Of a stretch of DNA of 60,630 nucleotides, positions 1-10,427 are shown one piece after another. The notes below the pieces were generated by a model. It was not told where the DNA came from, made no database searches, and saw nothing but the letters and a program-made list of their open reading frames with translations. The stretch is from positions 1 to 60,630 of the forward strand of contig DASXQR010000035.1 of NCBI GenBank assembly GCA_036507075.1, given 5' to 3'. Source of the stretch: Acidobacteriota bacterium. GTDB lineage: Bacteria > Acidobacteriota > UBA6911 > JACQSX01. Positions within the stretch are counted from its first letter, which is position 1; the number at the start of each line of letters is the position of its first letter. The translations under genes and the position numbers were made by a program.

Positions 1-887
1 GGCCCCGGCCCGTAGAAACGCGGCGCATGGAAGGTAGAGATCGGAACATAAACCACGTCACCTTCCTTCGCCATGATGACGCCCTGGTTTTCGATCGGGT
101 AGCGAATTTGACCGGCCATAACGAGCCAGAACTCCGCGCATTCGGGGTGGTAGTGGCCGCGGTCTTTCGGATTCAGCGGCGGCAGATCTTTCTCGTAACC
201 ATAAATAATGTTGGCTACCGCACGGTCGTCATGCACGAAGCGCCCGCCACGGTATGCGGGCGTTTTTGCCAGCTCATATAAGTTGATGTGTGGCTGGTTG
301 CCGCGGTCATACCCTCCCGGCTTTCGGTTCAGCACCACGGGAATCCACTGAATTCCGGATATTTTGGGAGGTTCCACCTCGCGCGGGTACATTGTCTTGG
401 CTTTGGCGATGTTTACTTCAAACCTCAACGCCGGTTTGTCTCCCAGAGTCTCCATCGAATAGATGGTCTGCATCGGTACTTGAACCATCGATCCTTTGGT
501 TGCCACAAACGGTTCCTGGCCTTCGATGTCAAATCGGATCTGGCCGTCCATTACGATCCACCATTCCCGGGTGTCGGGATGAAAGCGTTTGGGCACTTTG
601 GAGCCGGGTGCGCTGGCAATGTACTCGGCATGAAGATGGCTGTCATCGACGACTACCTCGCGCCAATTGGAGCTACCGCGATATTTGGCCTGAAGATCTG
701 CCAGGCTGGTGTGCGGCTTGTGGGGAGGAACGTATCTACTGGGCTGAATCGGTTTGGGCGCCCAGGATGGCGGCTCCGCCATACGGCCCTGCTGCTGCCC
801 TTGTGCTGCCACCGAAAAAAGAAGGCTGCCAGTGAGAACAGAGAGAAAACTCAAACCTGAACTTGATCGGAATGTTTGCATGTTCAT
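1..887 (-). CDS. Secreted cupin-domain protein (runs off left edge)
   Basis: Manual translation of the minus strand from ATG at 887: MNMQTFRSSSGLSFLSVLTGSLLFSVAAQG (signal-like), then RFHPDTREWWIVMDGQIRFDIEGQEPFVATKGSMVQVP (cupin motif). Absent from the ORF track because no stop lies in the window. Confidence 0.75.
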   Translation of the reverse strand, partial: MNMQTFRSSSGLSFLSVLTGSLLFSVAAQGQQQGRMAEPPSWAPKPIQPSRYVPPHKPHTSLADLQAKYRGSSNWREVVVDDSHLHAEYIASAPGSKVPKRFHPDTREWWIVMDGQIRFDIEGQEPFVATKGSMVQVPMQTIYSMETLGDKPALRFEVNIAKAKTMYPREVEPPKISGIQWIPVVLNRKPGGYDRGNQPHINLYELAKTPAYRGGRFVHDDRAVANIIYGYEKDLPPLNPKDRGHYHPECAEFWLVMAGQIRYPIENQGVIMAKEGDVVYVPISTFHAPRFYGPG

Positions 888-946
888 ACCCTCTTCAGCG
901 AATCCCTTTGTGCCCTTTGTGCCTTTGTGGTGAAATTCAAACATAT

Positions 947-1873
947 ATGAAAACTGCAAACATTGAAAACGGGCTCGTACGTAAACAAACCCGGCGCGCT
1001 TTCGCAAAGACGGTTTCAGCCGCCGCCTTGTCGGCCGGAGTATTCCGTTCGGCTTCCGCGATTGAGCCGGTGCAGCGCAAGGGGACGCACATGAAGCTGA
1101 GCCTGGCGGCTTACTCCTTCCGCCAGTATCTAAGCGGCGCTAAAAAATCGATGACGCTGGAAGATTTCGTCGACCTGTGCGCTCAATACAATCTGGACGG
1201 AACGGAGCCGACCTCCTACTATTTCCCGGAACCGGTCACCACCGAGTATTTGAGGCGCCTGCGCCGGCGCGCGTTCCTTCAGGGACTGGGAATCTCGGGG
1301 ACTGCGGTTGGAAACACGTTTACCCAGCCGCCGGGGCCTGCGCGCGACAAAGAAATCGCTCACGTCAAGAAATGGGTGGATTACGCTGTCGACCTGGGCG
1401 CGCCGGTGATTCGAATCTTCGCGGGAAATTTGCAGAAGGGAACAACCGAGGAGCAGGCGCGCCAGTGGGCCATTGAGGCCATCAATGAGTGCTGCCGCTA
1501 CGCCGGCGAGCACGGAATCATCCTTGCGCTGGAAAATCACGGCGGGATCGTCACAACCGCCGAGCAACTACTGTTGATTGTGAAAGCGGTGCAATCCGAC
1601 TGGTTTGGCGTAAATCTGGACACAGGAAACTTTCGCAGTTCAGACCCTTATCACGAATTGGAAATGGCGGCCCCCTATGCCGTGACCGTGCAGGTGAAGA
1701 CCGAAATATCGCCGAATGGAAACAGGACCGAAGCGAACCTGGCCCGCGTCATCGCCATACTGAAATCGGCCGGTTACCGCGGGTTCGTAGCGCTCGAGTA
1801 CGAAGCCCGAGAAGACCCCAAAACCGCCGTCCCGCGGCACCTGAAGAAGCTGCGGCAGTTGATTGAGTCGTGA
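947..1873 (+). CDS. Sugar phosphate isomerase/epimerase (xylose-isomerase-like TIM barrel) with Tat-like signal
   Basis: TRRAF Tat-like motif; LALENHGG, VNLDTGNF and GYRGFVALEYE metal-binding motifs. Start taken at ATG 947. Confidence 0.85.
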   Translation: MKTANIENGLVRKQTRRAFAKTVSAAALSAGVFRSASAIEPVQRKGTHMKLSLAAYSFRQYLSGAKKSMTLEDFVDLCAQYNLDGTEPTSYYFPEPVTTEYLRRLRRRAFLQGLGISGTAVGNTFTQPPGPARDKEIAHVKKWVDYAVDLGAPVIRIFAGNLQKGTTEEQARQWAIEAINECCRYAGEHGIILALENHGGIVTTAEQLLLIVKAVQSDWFGVNLDTGNFRSSDPYHELEMAAPYAVTVQVKTEISPNGNRTEANLARVIAILKSAGYRGFVALEYEAREDPKTAVPRHLKKLRQLIES

Positions 1874-1910
1874 CCGCGCGGACCAGGAGGGAAGGAGGGA
1901 TGGAGGGCCG

Positions 1911-2044
1911 TCCCTCAGTCTCTCCGTCCCTCAGTCCCTCCCTCCCTCAATCTCTCCCTCCCTCAATCTCTCCGTCCCTCAGTCTCTCCCTCCCTCAGTC
2001 TCTCCCTCCCTCAATCTCTCCGTCCCTCAATCTCTCCCTCCCTG
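1911..2044. repeat. ~8 copies of a 16-bp pyrimidine-rich tandem repeat TCCCTCARTCTCTCCS
   Basis: Directly visible between two convergent genes, preceded by a complementary purine tract GGAGGGAAGGAGGGATGGAGGG. Confidence 0.9.
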
Positions 2045-2058
2045 CTTTATGACGTGCC

Positions 2059-2814
2059 TCACAGCAGCATGTCAGCAAACCAAAACCCATCGCGCTGGCA
2101 GACTTCGCCGGCGCAGATGTTGATCCGTTTGCAAAACATCGGGCCTCCGAAGCAAAGGGTGTGGAATTCGCCGTTTTCTCCGCACGGATCCGCGCTCGAA
2201 GGCAAATCCATCAGAAATCTTTCATCGAACTTTCGGCCGACCAGCCGCGGATCGAGCTGGCGTGGATCGATGCACGTGACAACCGCCTCCAAACCGCCGG
2301 CAATCATGTCGCGCGCTAGCTTAGGTGTCGGCAGACCCCACAACGGGAAGATCGGTTCAATTCCGGTTCCGGCAAGTTTCTCGATTCTGTAGCGCCGGAT
2401 ATCCTCAAGAAACAGATCTCCATATGCAATTTGCTCCACTCCCTTCTGCACTGCTTCGGAAATGACCTGATTCATGCGCGATTCGTATTCGAGATTCGAA
2501 CAGGGCCAGGGGAGAGGCACCGGCCAGAGTGGCAGGTCCAGCGCGTCGGCTTGCGCGCGTAGAATCTCGTGTCGCACACCATGCATGGCCACGCGGTCGA
2601 ATTCCTCGTTGATCGTCGTTACGATTCCGACCAGCTCCAGATCGCCGCTCGCGCGAAGCACGTGTGCCATCCAGGCGCTGTCTTTTCCTGAACTCCAGGA
2701 GATCAGGGTTTTGGGCCGGTGTCCCGCAGAAGGCACGTTATTCCTCCCAGGCAGCTCGCTTCCGGGATCACCTGTACCTCGAACTGGATCGACGCCGGGC
2801 TTGCTTACCCACAC
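2059..2814 (-). CDS. PP-loop ATP pyrophosphatase (diphthine-ammonia ligase/MJ0570-like)
   Basis: SWSSGKDS PP-loop, YGDLFLEDIRRYR and DPCGENGEFHT motifs. Start uncertain. Confidence 0.85.
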   Translation of the reverse strand: MWVSKPGVDPVRGTGDPGSELPGRNNVPSAGHRPKTLISWSSGKDSAWMAHVLRASGDLELVGIVTTINEEFDRVAMHGVRHEILRAQADALDLPLWPVPLPWPCSNLEYESRMNQVISEAVQKGVEQIAYGDLFLEDIRRYRIEKLAGTGIEPIFPLWGLPTPKLARDMIAGGLEAVVTCIDPRQLDPRLVGRKFDERFLMDLPSSADPCGENGEFHTLCFGGPMFCKRINICAGEVCQRDGFWFADMLL

Positions 2815-2970
2815 ATCCAGCAGCGAATCGAATCGCTTTAGCTCGTATGTGCTTTGTGGTTTAATTCAAACACAGAGACACGCTCACAGCCCAAATGAAA
2901 ACCGCAAGCATTGAAAACGGGTTTACCACATTCCAACCCCAAGGAGGTTTGCGATGTGCCGATACGATCC

Positions 2971-3039
2971 GGGACAGTCACCAACCCGCAGGTCAACAGT
3001 GCACGCGAGATCCAGTTCGGCCTGAAATTTTATTTCTAG
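2971..3039 (+). pseudogene. Remnant last 22 codons of a TonB-dependent receptor gene
   Basis: Translates GTVTNPQVNSAREIQFGLKFYF*, matching the C-termini of neighbouring receptors (PRQIQVALKLLF, PRRIQFALKYVF, PRIIQFGLKMLF). Confidence 0.75.
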
Positions 3040-3091
3040 GAAGCGGAAAAATGGCGGTTTAATGTCGTTGGTCCATTCAAGGAGAACGGCC

Positions 3092-6000
3092 ATGAGCAGA
3101 CGTTTGTGCACATCGAGTATTGGCCCGGTTCTTGTCTTTTTGCTTTTCTCGGGCGGTTTGCTGCGCGCGCAGCAGTTCGCCGCGACTCTGAACGGCACCG
3201 TACGCGACCCGGCCGGCGCGGTGGTCCCGGGAGTCGAGATCGTCATCATCCATCAGAGCACCAGCGACACTCGCACCCTGCTGACCAATGATGAGGGCTC
3301 CTATGTGGCGCCGCAGTTGAAGCCCGGAACCTACACGCTGACCGCTCGATTGGCCGGCTTTAAGACTGCGACCATAAAGGAAGTAAAGCTGGATGTGCAG
3401 CAGGTCCGGACCGTCGATTTCAATCTTGAAGTGGGCGAAGTGAGCGAAACCATTAATGTCGTCGCCACTACGGCGGCCCTGGAAACCACCAGCTCGACGG
3501 TGAGCCAGACGATCGAGAACAGGCGCCTGGTAGATCTTCCCTTAAACGGCCGAAATCCGTTCTCGCTGGCCACACTGGTGCCAGGCGTTATCCCGGGACC
3601 TGGAGCTTCCCCCTGGATCAGCAGCGGACGCAACGCCACGAGCGAAGTTACCATTGACGGCGTTTCCAATGTCGGCCCGGAAAACAATTCTTCCATTCTG
3701 GATTTGATCTACACGCCTTCGGTGGATGCGGTCCAGGAGTTCAGCGTACAGACCAATTCTGTGAGCGCGGAATTTGGAAGACTGGGCGGCGGCGTTATCA
3801 ACGTGGTGACTCGCAGCGGCAGCAACCGGTTCCATGCTTCGCTGTTTGAGTTCCTGCGCAACAGCGCATTGGACGCCAATAATTTTTTCAGCAACCGGGC
3901 CGGCATCAAAAAGGGGAGCTTTAAGCGAAACCAGTTCGGAGGTACGGCCGGCGGACCGGTCCTCATCCCCGGATGGTACAATGGCCATGATCGGACTTTT
4001 TTCTTTTTCGACGTTGAAGCGACGCGCCAGCGCTCGGCCAGCGTTTCCACCTTTACCGTTCCCCTTGCCGAGTGGCGGCGGGGCGACTTTTCGAATCTGC
4101 GCAATTCCGGCGGCAATCGCATCATTATTTACGACCCGTTGACAACGCAGGAAGTGAGCCCGGGAACATTCCGTCGCACACCATTCTCGGGAAATATCAT
4201 TCCAGAAGCGCGTATCAGTCCTATTGCTCGAAACCTGATGAAATTCTGGCCCTTGCCTAATACCAACCCGCTGAATCAGTTCACGCAGGCCAATAACTTC
4301 ACCGCCGCCGGAACCAGTGTCAGCGACACGACCAAGTACGACGTGCGTATCGATCACTTCCTGCGAAACAACTGGCGGATGTTTGGACGCTTCTCCCATC
4401 AATGGAGCAGCAGCAGCCCGGTCAACTTCTTTGCGAATGCGGGCACCCCGTCAGGCGACGGCCCAAGTCATGGAAGAACCAACAGCTTTACACTGGATAA
4501 TGCGCTGACGCTCAGTCCCAGTCTGCTGCTGAACATTCGCTACGGCTTCGGACGCCGCTTTTTAAAGCGCGATCCTTTTTCTGCCGGTTTTGACATCGCA
4601 TCCCTCGGGTTTCCCGACTATGTGAAGCGGGCGGCCGAACAGCAGGCGCTGGAGTTTCCGCGATTCGACGTCAACGGCGTTTCTTCCCTGGGCCAGGCTA
4701 CCTTCACCGACCTGGTGATTATCCCGATGACCCACAGCGTAAATACCAACCTGACGAAGACTGCCGGCGGTCACACGTTCAAGTTCGGGATGGATTACCG
4801 CAAGCTGATGATCAACTTCCTGCAGTTGGGACAGCCCTCCGGCCAGTACAGCTTTGACCAGCGCTGGAGCCAGCAGGATCCCAACGCCGCCAGTGGCGTG
4901 GCTGGTTTTGGCCTGGCCTCGCTGCTGATCGGAGTGCCCACCGGCGGCAGCATGAGCCATGATCCCACGCCGGCGTCGGCGAGCTCTTACTGGGGATTCT
5001 ATATCCAGGATGACTGGAAGGTGAGCTCCGCGTTGACGCTGAATCTCGGGCTGCGCTACGACTTTGATGTTCCGCGCACGGAGCGCTTCGATCGGCTCAG
5101 CATTTTCCGCATCGAGGCACCCTCGCCGATCGCGGGCAAGGTTCCGGGTTTTCCCAACCTGCGGGGAGCCATGGACTTTGTTGACGCCAAGCACCGGCGC
5201 CAGGTGCCGGTTGACAAAAACAACTTCGGACCGCGCTTCGGTTTTGCTTACCGCATCGGAAACAATACATCGCTGCGCGCCGCCTACGGAATCTTCTTTG
5301 CCCCTTCGGCAGTACAGGCGGCGGGCCATACCGGGACTGCCGGAATGGAAGGCTTCCGCAATTCGACCGGATTCACTACCAGTCTGGACGGGCGCATTCC
5401 CATTACCTTCCTGGACAATCCGTTTCCCAGCGGGTTTAATTTTCCCACCGGCAGGTCGCTCGGCGCCGCGACTTTTCTCGGTCTGGGAATCAGCGAAAGC
5501 CTCTTTCTCGATGACGCCACGCCCTATATCCAGCAGTGGAACTTGAATGTGCAGCGCGAGCTTCCCGGCGACATTGTTTTCGAAGCGGCTTATCTGGGAA
5601 GCAAAGGAACGCGGCTGATTGACGGAGAAAACGGGGTGGTGCTCAATCAGCTCCGTCCCGAATTCTACGATTTGAAGACTAAGCTGCAGGACCAGGTGCC
5701 GAATCCATTCTTCGGCATCATCACCAATCCGACATCTACGCTCAGCCGCTCGACGGTGCAGCGGGGGCAGTTGCTGCGTCCCTTTCCGCAATATACCGGC
5801 ATGACGGCGTTCCGCAAACCGCATGGGTTTTCGATTTACCACGCTTTGACGCTGCGAGCTGATAAGCGCTTCTCGAGCGGCTTGAGCTTCCTGGCTTCCT
5901 ATACCAAGTCCAAGCTGATCGACGACGTGTCGCAGACTGTGAGTTTCCTCGGACCGGCGGGCAACAAACAGGACGCCTACGATCGCCGCGCGGAAAGGGC

Positions 6001-6580
6001 CGTGTCCACTCAGGACGTTCCCCAGCGCCTGGTCCTCAGCTACGTTTATGAACTTCCGATAGGCAGAGGGAAGCCGTTTTTGAAGAACGTCCGCTCCTGG
6101 TCGAGCTGGCTGGTCAGCGGCTGGCAAATCAATGGGATCACTACTTTCCAAAGCGGGACGCCGCTGGTGATCACCAGCGCAAATAATGCTTTCCTTTTCA
6201 GCCCGGGCCAGCGTCCGAACAATTTTTCCGGACGCAGCGCGCGTATCAAGGGAGGGAGTCGAAGCGACCAGATCGCAAAGTGGTTCGACACGTCGATTTT
6301 CACGTTTGCTCCGGCGTTCACATTTGGAAACGTGGGGCGCACGCTGCCCGACGCCCGGGTGCCGGGGACGCGCAATTTCGACATTTCGCTCTTCAAAAAC
6401 AACAGCTTCCACGAGGGAAAATACAACGCCCAGTTCCGCATCGAAGCGTTCAATGCCTTCAACACGCCGCAGTTCAGTGCGCCCGGGCAGAGTCTATCGA
6501 ATGCGGCCGGCTTTGGCGTGATTGGAGGAACTGCGATCGGACCGCGCCAGATTCAGGTTGCCTTGAAGCTGTTGTTTTAA
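3092..6580 (+). CDS. TonB-dependent receptor with N-terminal carboxypeptidase-regulatory-like domain
   Basis: Signal peptide, GTVRDPAGAVVPG, LPLNGRN, EFLRNSALDANNFF and C-terminal QVALKLLF; AAGGAG RBS before ATG 3092. Confidence 0.92.
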   Translation: MSRRLCTSSIGPVLVFLLFSGGLLRAQQFAATLNGTVRDPAGAVVPGVEIVIIHQSTSDTRTLLTNDEGSYVAPQLKPGTYTLTARLAGFKTATIKEVKLDVQQVRTVDFNLEVGEVSETINVVATTAALETTSSTVSQTIENRRLVDLPLNGRNPFSLATLVPGVIPGPGASPWISSGRNATSEVTIDGVSNVGPENNSSILDLIYTPSVDAVQEFSVQTNSVSAEFGRLGGGVINVVTRSGSNRFHASLFEFLRNSALDANNFFSNRAGIKKGSFKRNQFGGTAGGPVLIPGWYNGHDRTFFFFDVEATRQRSASVSTFTVPLAEWRRGDFSNLRNSGGNRIIIYDPLTTQEVSPGTFRRTPFSGNIIPEARISPIARNLMKFWPLPNTNPLNQFTQANNFTAAGTSVSDTTKYDVRIDHFLRNNWRMFGRFSHQWSSSSPVNFFANAGTPSGDGPSHGRTNSFTLDNALTLSPSLLLNIRYGFGRRFLKRDPFSAGFDIASLGFPDYVKRAAEQQALEFPRFDVNGVSSLGQATFTDLVIIPMTHSVNTNLTKTAGGHTFKFGMDYRKLMINFLQLGQPSGQYSFDQRWSQQDPNAASGVAGFGLASLLIGVPTGGSMSHDPTPASASSYWGFYIQDDWKVSSALTLNLGLRYDFDVPRTERFDRLSIFRIEAPSPIAGKVPGFPNLRGAMDFVDAKHRRQVPVDKNNFGPRFGFAYRIGNNTSLRAAYGIFFAPSAVQAAGHTGTAGMEGFRNSTGFTTSLDGRIPITFLDNPFPSGFNFPTGRSLGAATFLGLGISESLFLDDATPYIQQWNLNVQRELPGDIVFEAAYLGSKGTRLIDGENGVVLNQLRPEFYDLKTKLQDQVPNPFFGIITNPTSTLSRSTVQRGQLLRPFPQYTGMTAFRKPHGFSIYHALTLRADKRFSSGLSFLASYTKSKLIDDVSQTVSFLGPAGNKQDAYDRRAERAVSTQDVPQRLVLSYVYELPIGRGKPFLKNVRSWSSWLVSGWQINGITTFQSGTPLVITSANNAFLFSPGQRPNNFSGRSARIKGGSRSDQIAKWFDTSIFTFAPAFTFGNVGRTLPDARVPGTRNFDISLFKNNSFHEGKYNAQFRIEAFNAFNTPQFSAPGQSLSNAAGFGVIGGTAIGPRQIQVALKLLF

Positions 6581-6661
6581 TCAGCGTAATTTGCGTAAAT
6601 CGGCGGCCATTTCTATCCGTGTCAATTCGTGCAAATCGGCGCCTGGAAAAGGAGATCACTT

Positions 6662-9600
6662 ATGCATGGGACGCCACGCGTTTTGGTTAGCTTGTCCGGC
6701 CTCATGTTGCTTCTGTGCCTGATTGCGTTGCCGGTGCGCGCGCAGGTCACGGGCGCAGCTTCCATTCAGGGCGTCATCACGGACAATACAGGCGCGGTCA
6801 TTCCGGATGCTGAAGTCGAGGCCAGGAATCTGGACTCGGGAGTGACTCTTAAAACGGTGACCAACAGCGCCGGTCTGTATCGTGTGACCGGCCTTGTTCC
6901 CGGCCGATACAGCATCAGGGTCACTGCCGCGGGATTCGACAGGACTGAAACGCCGGAAGTCAGGCTGGAAGTGGGACAGACAGCGCGGCTCGATTACGGC
7001 CTCACGGTCGGCGGTGTTTCGCAGACGATCGAAGTCACTGCATCGGCTGCGCTGCTCAATTCTGAAACCACCGAAGTCGGCCAGGTAATTGACGGCAAGC
7101 GCATCGTTGAAATGCCGCTCAATGGCCGCAACTACCTGCAACTGGCGCAAATGACGGCAGGCGTGCTGCCGTCGGCCAACAGCCGCACCTCGGGCGAAGG
7201 CGGTTTTCTGGCTTTCGGGCAGCATACCTATCAGAACAATGTGCTGCTTGACGGAGCAGACAATAGTTCGCGCGCCAGCGGCGGACCGCTCGGGTTTGAA
7301 GCGCAAGCCGTCAAACCGCCCGTCGATGCCGTGTCTGAATTCAAAGTGCTCACGAATAACACTTCCGCTGAATTCGGCTACAGCTCGGGCGCCAAGGTCC
7401 TGGTCACGACCAAAGCCGGCGCCAATCAGTTTCACGGCTCGGCCTATGAGTTTTTGCGCAACGACGTATTCGACGCGACTAATTTCTTCGCTAATCGCGC
7501 CGGCGCGGTTAAGCCGTCGTTCAAGCAGAACCAGTACGGCGGGACCATCGGCGGGCCGATCATCAAGAACAAATCGTTTTTCTTTTTCAGTTATCAGGGG
7601 ACGCGGCTTCGCATCGGCAGGACTTCCATTTCAACCGTGCCCAGCCGCGACATCAAAGAGCGCGGCGACTTTTCACGACAGCCTGATCAGCGCCGCAATG
7701 TTTTCGATCCTGCGACTGTCACCGGCACCGGAGCGGCCGCTGCGCGGCAGCAGTTTCCCGGCAACATCATCTCGCCGAATCGCTGGGATCCGGTGGCGGC
7801 TGCGCTGGTCAAACTCTACCCTGACCCGAATATCTCCGGGCGCGAGCATCTCACGGAAAACTACTTCTTCTCGCCGACAGCTAAAGACGATGCGAACCAG
7901 TATGACAGCCGCGTGGATTACAATTTCAGCGAGAAACATCGATTCTACGGGCGCTATTCCTACCGCAAACAGGACAAGGTTGATCCCGGCCCGTTGCCGC
8001 TGCCTGCCGATGGCGGCTTGTGGACAACCACGGTGCTGCCCGGGCACAACGCGGCGGCCAACTTGACCAGCACGTTCGGCACCTCGAAAATAAATGAAGC
8101 CCGCTTTGGCATTACGCACTTCCCGACGCGTTTTGACATTCCCTACACAGAAAACATCAACTCCAAGTTCGGCATCAAGAATGCCCCCGGCGACAAGTTC
8201 AATGACGGGCTGGATCACGGATATTCGCGCATGTCGCCGAACGGATATGCGGAAATCGGTTCGCGTTCCTTCTGGCCGAACTTCAACCTGCTGGATAACG
8301 TGACTGGCGCCGACAGTTTCTCCTGGCAGATAAGCAGGCACACGCTTAAATTCGGCACCGAGTACCGACGGGTCAAAGTGTTTCGCGAAGCGCATCGCTT
8401 CCGGCGCGGCAACTTCGTTTTTAACGGTGTCTATACTTCGCAAAGGCCCAATGACGCCGCCAGCCGCGCCAACACCGGCAACGGGCTGGCCGATTTTCTG
8501 CTCGGGTATGTGAGCGCGGGAACGTGGGGCCGGCCGCAGGGCGAAGAGATCGTCGCGCCTTACTATTCAGCATTCGTACATGACGACTGGAAGATCACAT
8601 CGAACCTGACGCTGAACGTGGGCTTGCGCTGGGAAGCGACGCTGGGAGCGTTTTTTCCGAATCCAGACCGGCAAACTGTGGCGCGTTACATACTGCCCGA
8701 ATTTTACGGCCCCGCCCGGGAAGGGATTGAGTTTCCAAAAAGCGACCATGATTGCGGCTGCCGGCCCGATTACAACAACTTTGCGCCGCGTCTCGGACTT
8801 GCCTGGAAGCTGGCGGAAGACACAGTCATCCGCGCAGGATTTGGCGTCTACTATGCCCAACCTGACGGTTTTGATTCACAATTCAGCAATTACTTCACCG
8901 GTCCGCCGAGGGCCAACGAGCTCACCTTTGTCGTTGACCGCATCAATCCGGTCGCGCGCTTGTCCGCCGGTTTTCCCGATCTGCCGGTGGGAACGATGAT
9001 TCCCAACAATTCCTCGATCGACGTTACAAGCATTTCCAGGGTGACTCCATATTCGCAGCAGTGGTTTTTGGATGTGCAGCGCACGCTGCCGTCCGACATC
9101 ATCCTCACGGTGGGCTACGCCGGGTCGGGCACTCGGCATCTGGCCACAACGCGCAATATCAATGCTCCGTCGACGCCCGATCCGGTTGTTCCGGCGGCAA
9201 ACCGTCGCCGGCTGAGAGCAAATTTTAACGCGATCACGGTGCGCGAAAGCTCGATGGGCAGCAACTACAATTCGATGACGGCCAAAGCCGAGCGGCGGTT
9301 CACGCGCGGGTTCACGCTCCTCAGTTCGTTCACCTGGTCGCACAACATTGATTTCGCCGGGGAACTTTTGAACAACGGTGAGCAGATTGCTCCGTGGCGG
9401 GATCACTACAATCCGGGGCTGGAAAGAAGCAGCTCAAATCAGGATCGCCGCCTGGCTTTCGTGACCAGTTATGTTTGGGAGCTGCCGTTTGGCAAAGGCA
9501 AGGCGTGGATGCAGTCGGGACCGGGCGCCTGGGTGCTGGGCGGCTGGCAGACGGGAGGCATTCTGTCGCTGCTGGCAGGGAGGCCGCTCGATCACACGAT

Positions 9601-9979
9601 CAATGTTGACTTGCAAAATAACGCCGGGCGCGTGCGCGGCAACTGGGCCGGCAAGCCCAACCTGCCAAAGGGCGGGCGAACGATCGATCGCTGGTTTAAC
9701 ACGACGTTTGCCGTGCCGACAGCGCCGGGGCAGGTTGGCAATGCGGGACGGAACCTGATTGTCGGGCCGGGAGTGAAGAACTTCGACTTTCTGCTGGCGC
9801 GCAACTTCCCGCTCGCCTGGGAAGGCCATCAGCTTCAGTTCCGCTTCGAGTCGTTCAACTTTACCAACACTCCGAGCTTCGGCAATCCGAACACCGCCCT
9901 GGGCACCGTGAACGCAGGGAAAATTACCGCGGCCGATGACCCGCGCCGCATTCAATTTGCGCTGAAGTATGTTTTCTGA
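6662..9979 (+). CDS. TonB-dependent receptor (same family)
   Basis: MPLNGRNYLQLA, YEFLRNDVFDATNFF and C-terminal QFALKYVF; AAAGGAG RBS before ATG 6662. Confidence 0.92.
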   Translation: MHGTPRVLVSLSGLMLLLCLIALPVRAQVTGAASIQGVITDNTGAVIPDAEVEARNLDSGVTLKTVTNSAGLYRVTGLVPGRYSIRVTAAGFDRTETPEVRLEVGQTARLDYGLTVGGVSQTIEVTASAALLNSETTEVGQVIDGKRIVEMPLNGRNYLQLAQMTAGVLPSANSRTSGEGGFLAFGQHTYQNNVLLDGADNSSRASGGPLGFEAQAVKPPVDAVSEFKVLTNNTSAEFGYSSGAKVLVTTKAGANQFHGSAYEFLRNDVFDATNFFANRAGAVKPSFKQNQYGGTIGGPIIKNKSFFFFSYQGTRLRIGRTSISTVPSRDIKERGDFSRQPDQRRNVFDPATVTGTGAAAARQQFPGNIISPNRWDPVAAALVKLYPDPNISGREHLTENYFFSPTAKDDANQYDSRVDYNFSEKHRFYGRYSYRKQDKVDPGPLPLPADGGLWTTTVLPGHNAAANLTSTFGTSKINEARFGITHFPTRFDIPYTENINSKFGIKNAPGDKFNDGLDHGYSRMSPNGYAEIGSRSFWPNFNLLDNVTGADSFSWQISRHTLKFGTEYRRVKVFREAHRFRRGNFVFNGVYTSQRPNDAASRANTGNGLADFLLGYVSAGTWGRPQGEEIVAPYYSAFVHDDWKITSNLTLNVGLRWEATLGAFFPNPDRQTVARYILPEFYGPAREGIEFPKSDHDCGCRPDYNNFAPRLGLAWKLAEDTVIRAGFGVYYAQPDGFDSQFSNYFTGPPRANELTFVVDRINPVARLSAGFPDLPVGTMIPNNSSIDVTSISRVTPYSQQWFLDVQRTLPSDIILTVGYAGSGTRHLATTRNINAPSTPDPVVPAANRRRLRANFNAITVRESSMGSNYNSMTAKAERRFTRGFTLLSSFTWSHNIDFAGELLNNGEQIAPWRDHYNPGLERSSSNQDRRLAFVTSYVWELPFGKGKAWMQSGPGAWVLGGWQTGGILSLLAGRPLDHTINVDLQNNAGRVRGNWAGKPNLPKGGRTIDRWFNTTFAVPTAPGQVGNAGRNLIVGPGVKNFDFLLARNFPLAWEGHQLQFRFESFNFTNTPSFGNPNTALGTVNAGKITAADDPRRIQFALKYVF

Positions 9980-9994
9980 TTCCGGACGCGGAGA

Positions 9995-10362
9995 GCGGCT
10001 TTGCCGCCGGTTGGTGCGGAAAGGCTTCGTGCCGCGCCAAGCCCGCGGAGCGGGCGAAAAGAATTGTAGCCGGGGCGCGTAAGCCCCCGGCTAGCCGTCC
10101 CGTTATTGGCAAGCCGCGCAGCGGCGGCAGAATTCAGCCTGCGCTGAACGTTACAGCGATTCCTTGTCTGCGGCACACATGATTAAGCTTGAGACCGTGT
10201 GAGCTGGGCAACCAAATCTCTGTCGCCGCTGCGCGGCTTTCTTCTCGTGGTTGCGCCGTTCCGGGGGCTTACGCTCCCCGGCTACAATTCTTTTCGCCCG
10301 CTCCGCGGGCTTCGGAATAGGATCTTTAGGTTCTGAAACGGAAAAGCTGGCGGCAAAGCCGC
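9995..10362. repeat. Nested inverted-repeat REP/MITE-like element
   Basis: 52-bp near-perfect IR 10039-10090/10261-10312; inner 21-bp IR 10111-10131/10219-10239; outer 14-bp IR 9995-10008/10349-10362. Confidence 0.85.
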
Positions 10363-10427
10363 AATCGCTTTACACAGAGGGCACAGAGTTCACCGTATTC
10401 CCGTGTCTCTGCGGCTAAACAACACGC

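Noticed and set aside
4562..6412. Long antisense ORFs over receptors, sulfatase, hflX and others
   Set aside because: Shadow ORFs of GC-rich coding strands with no motifs.
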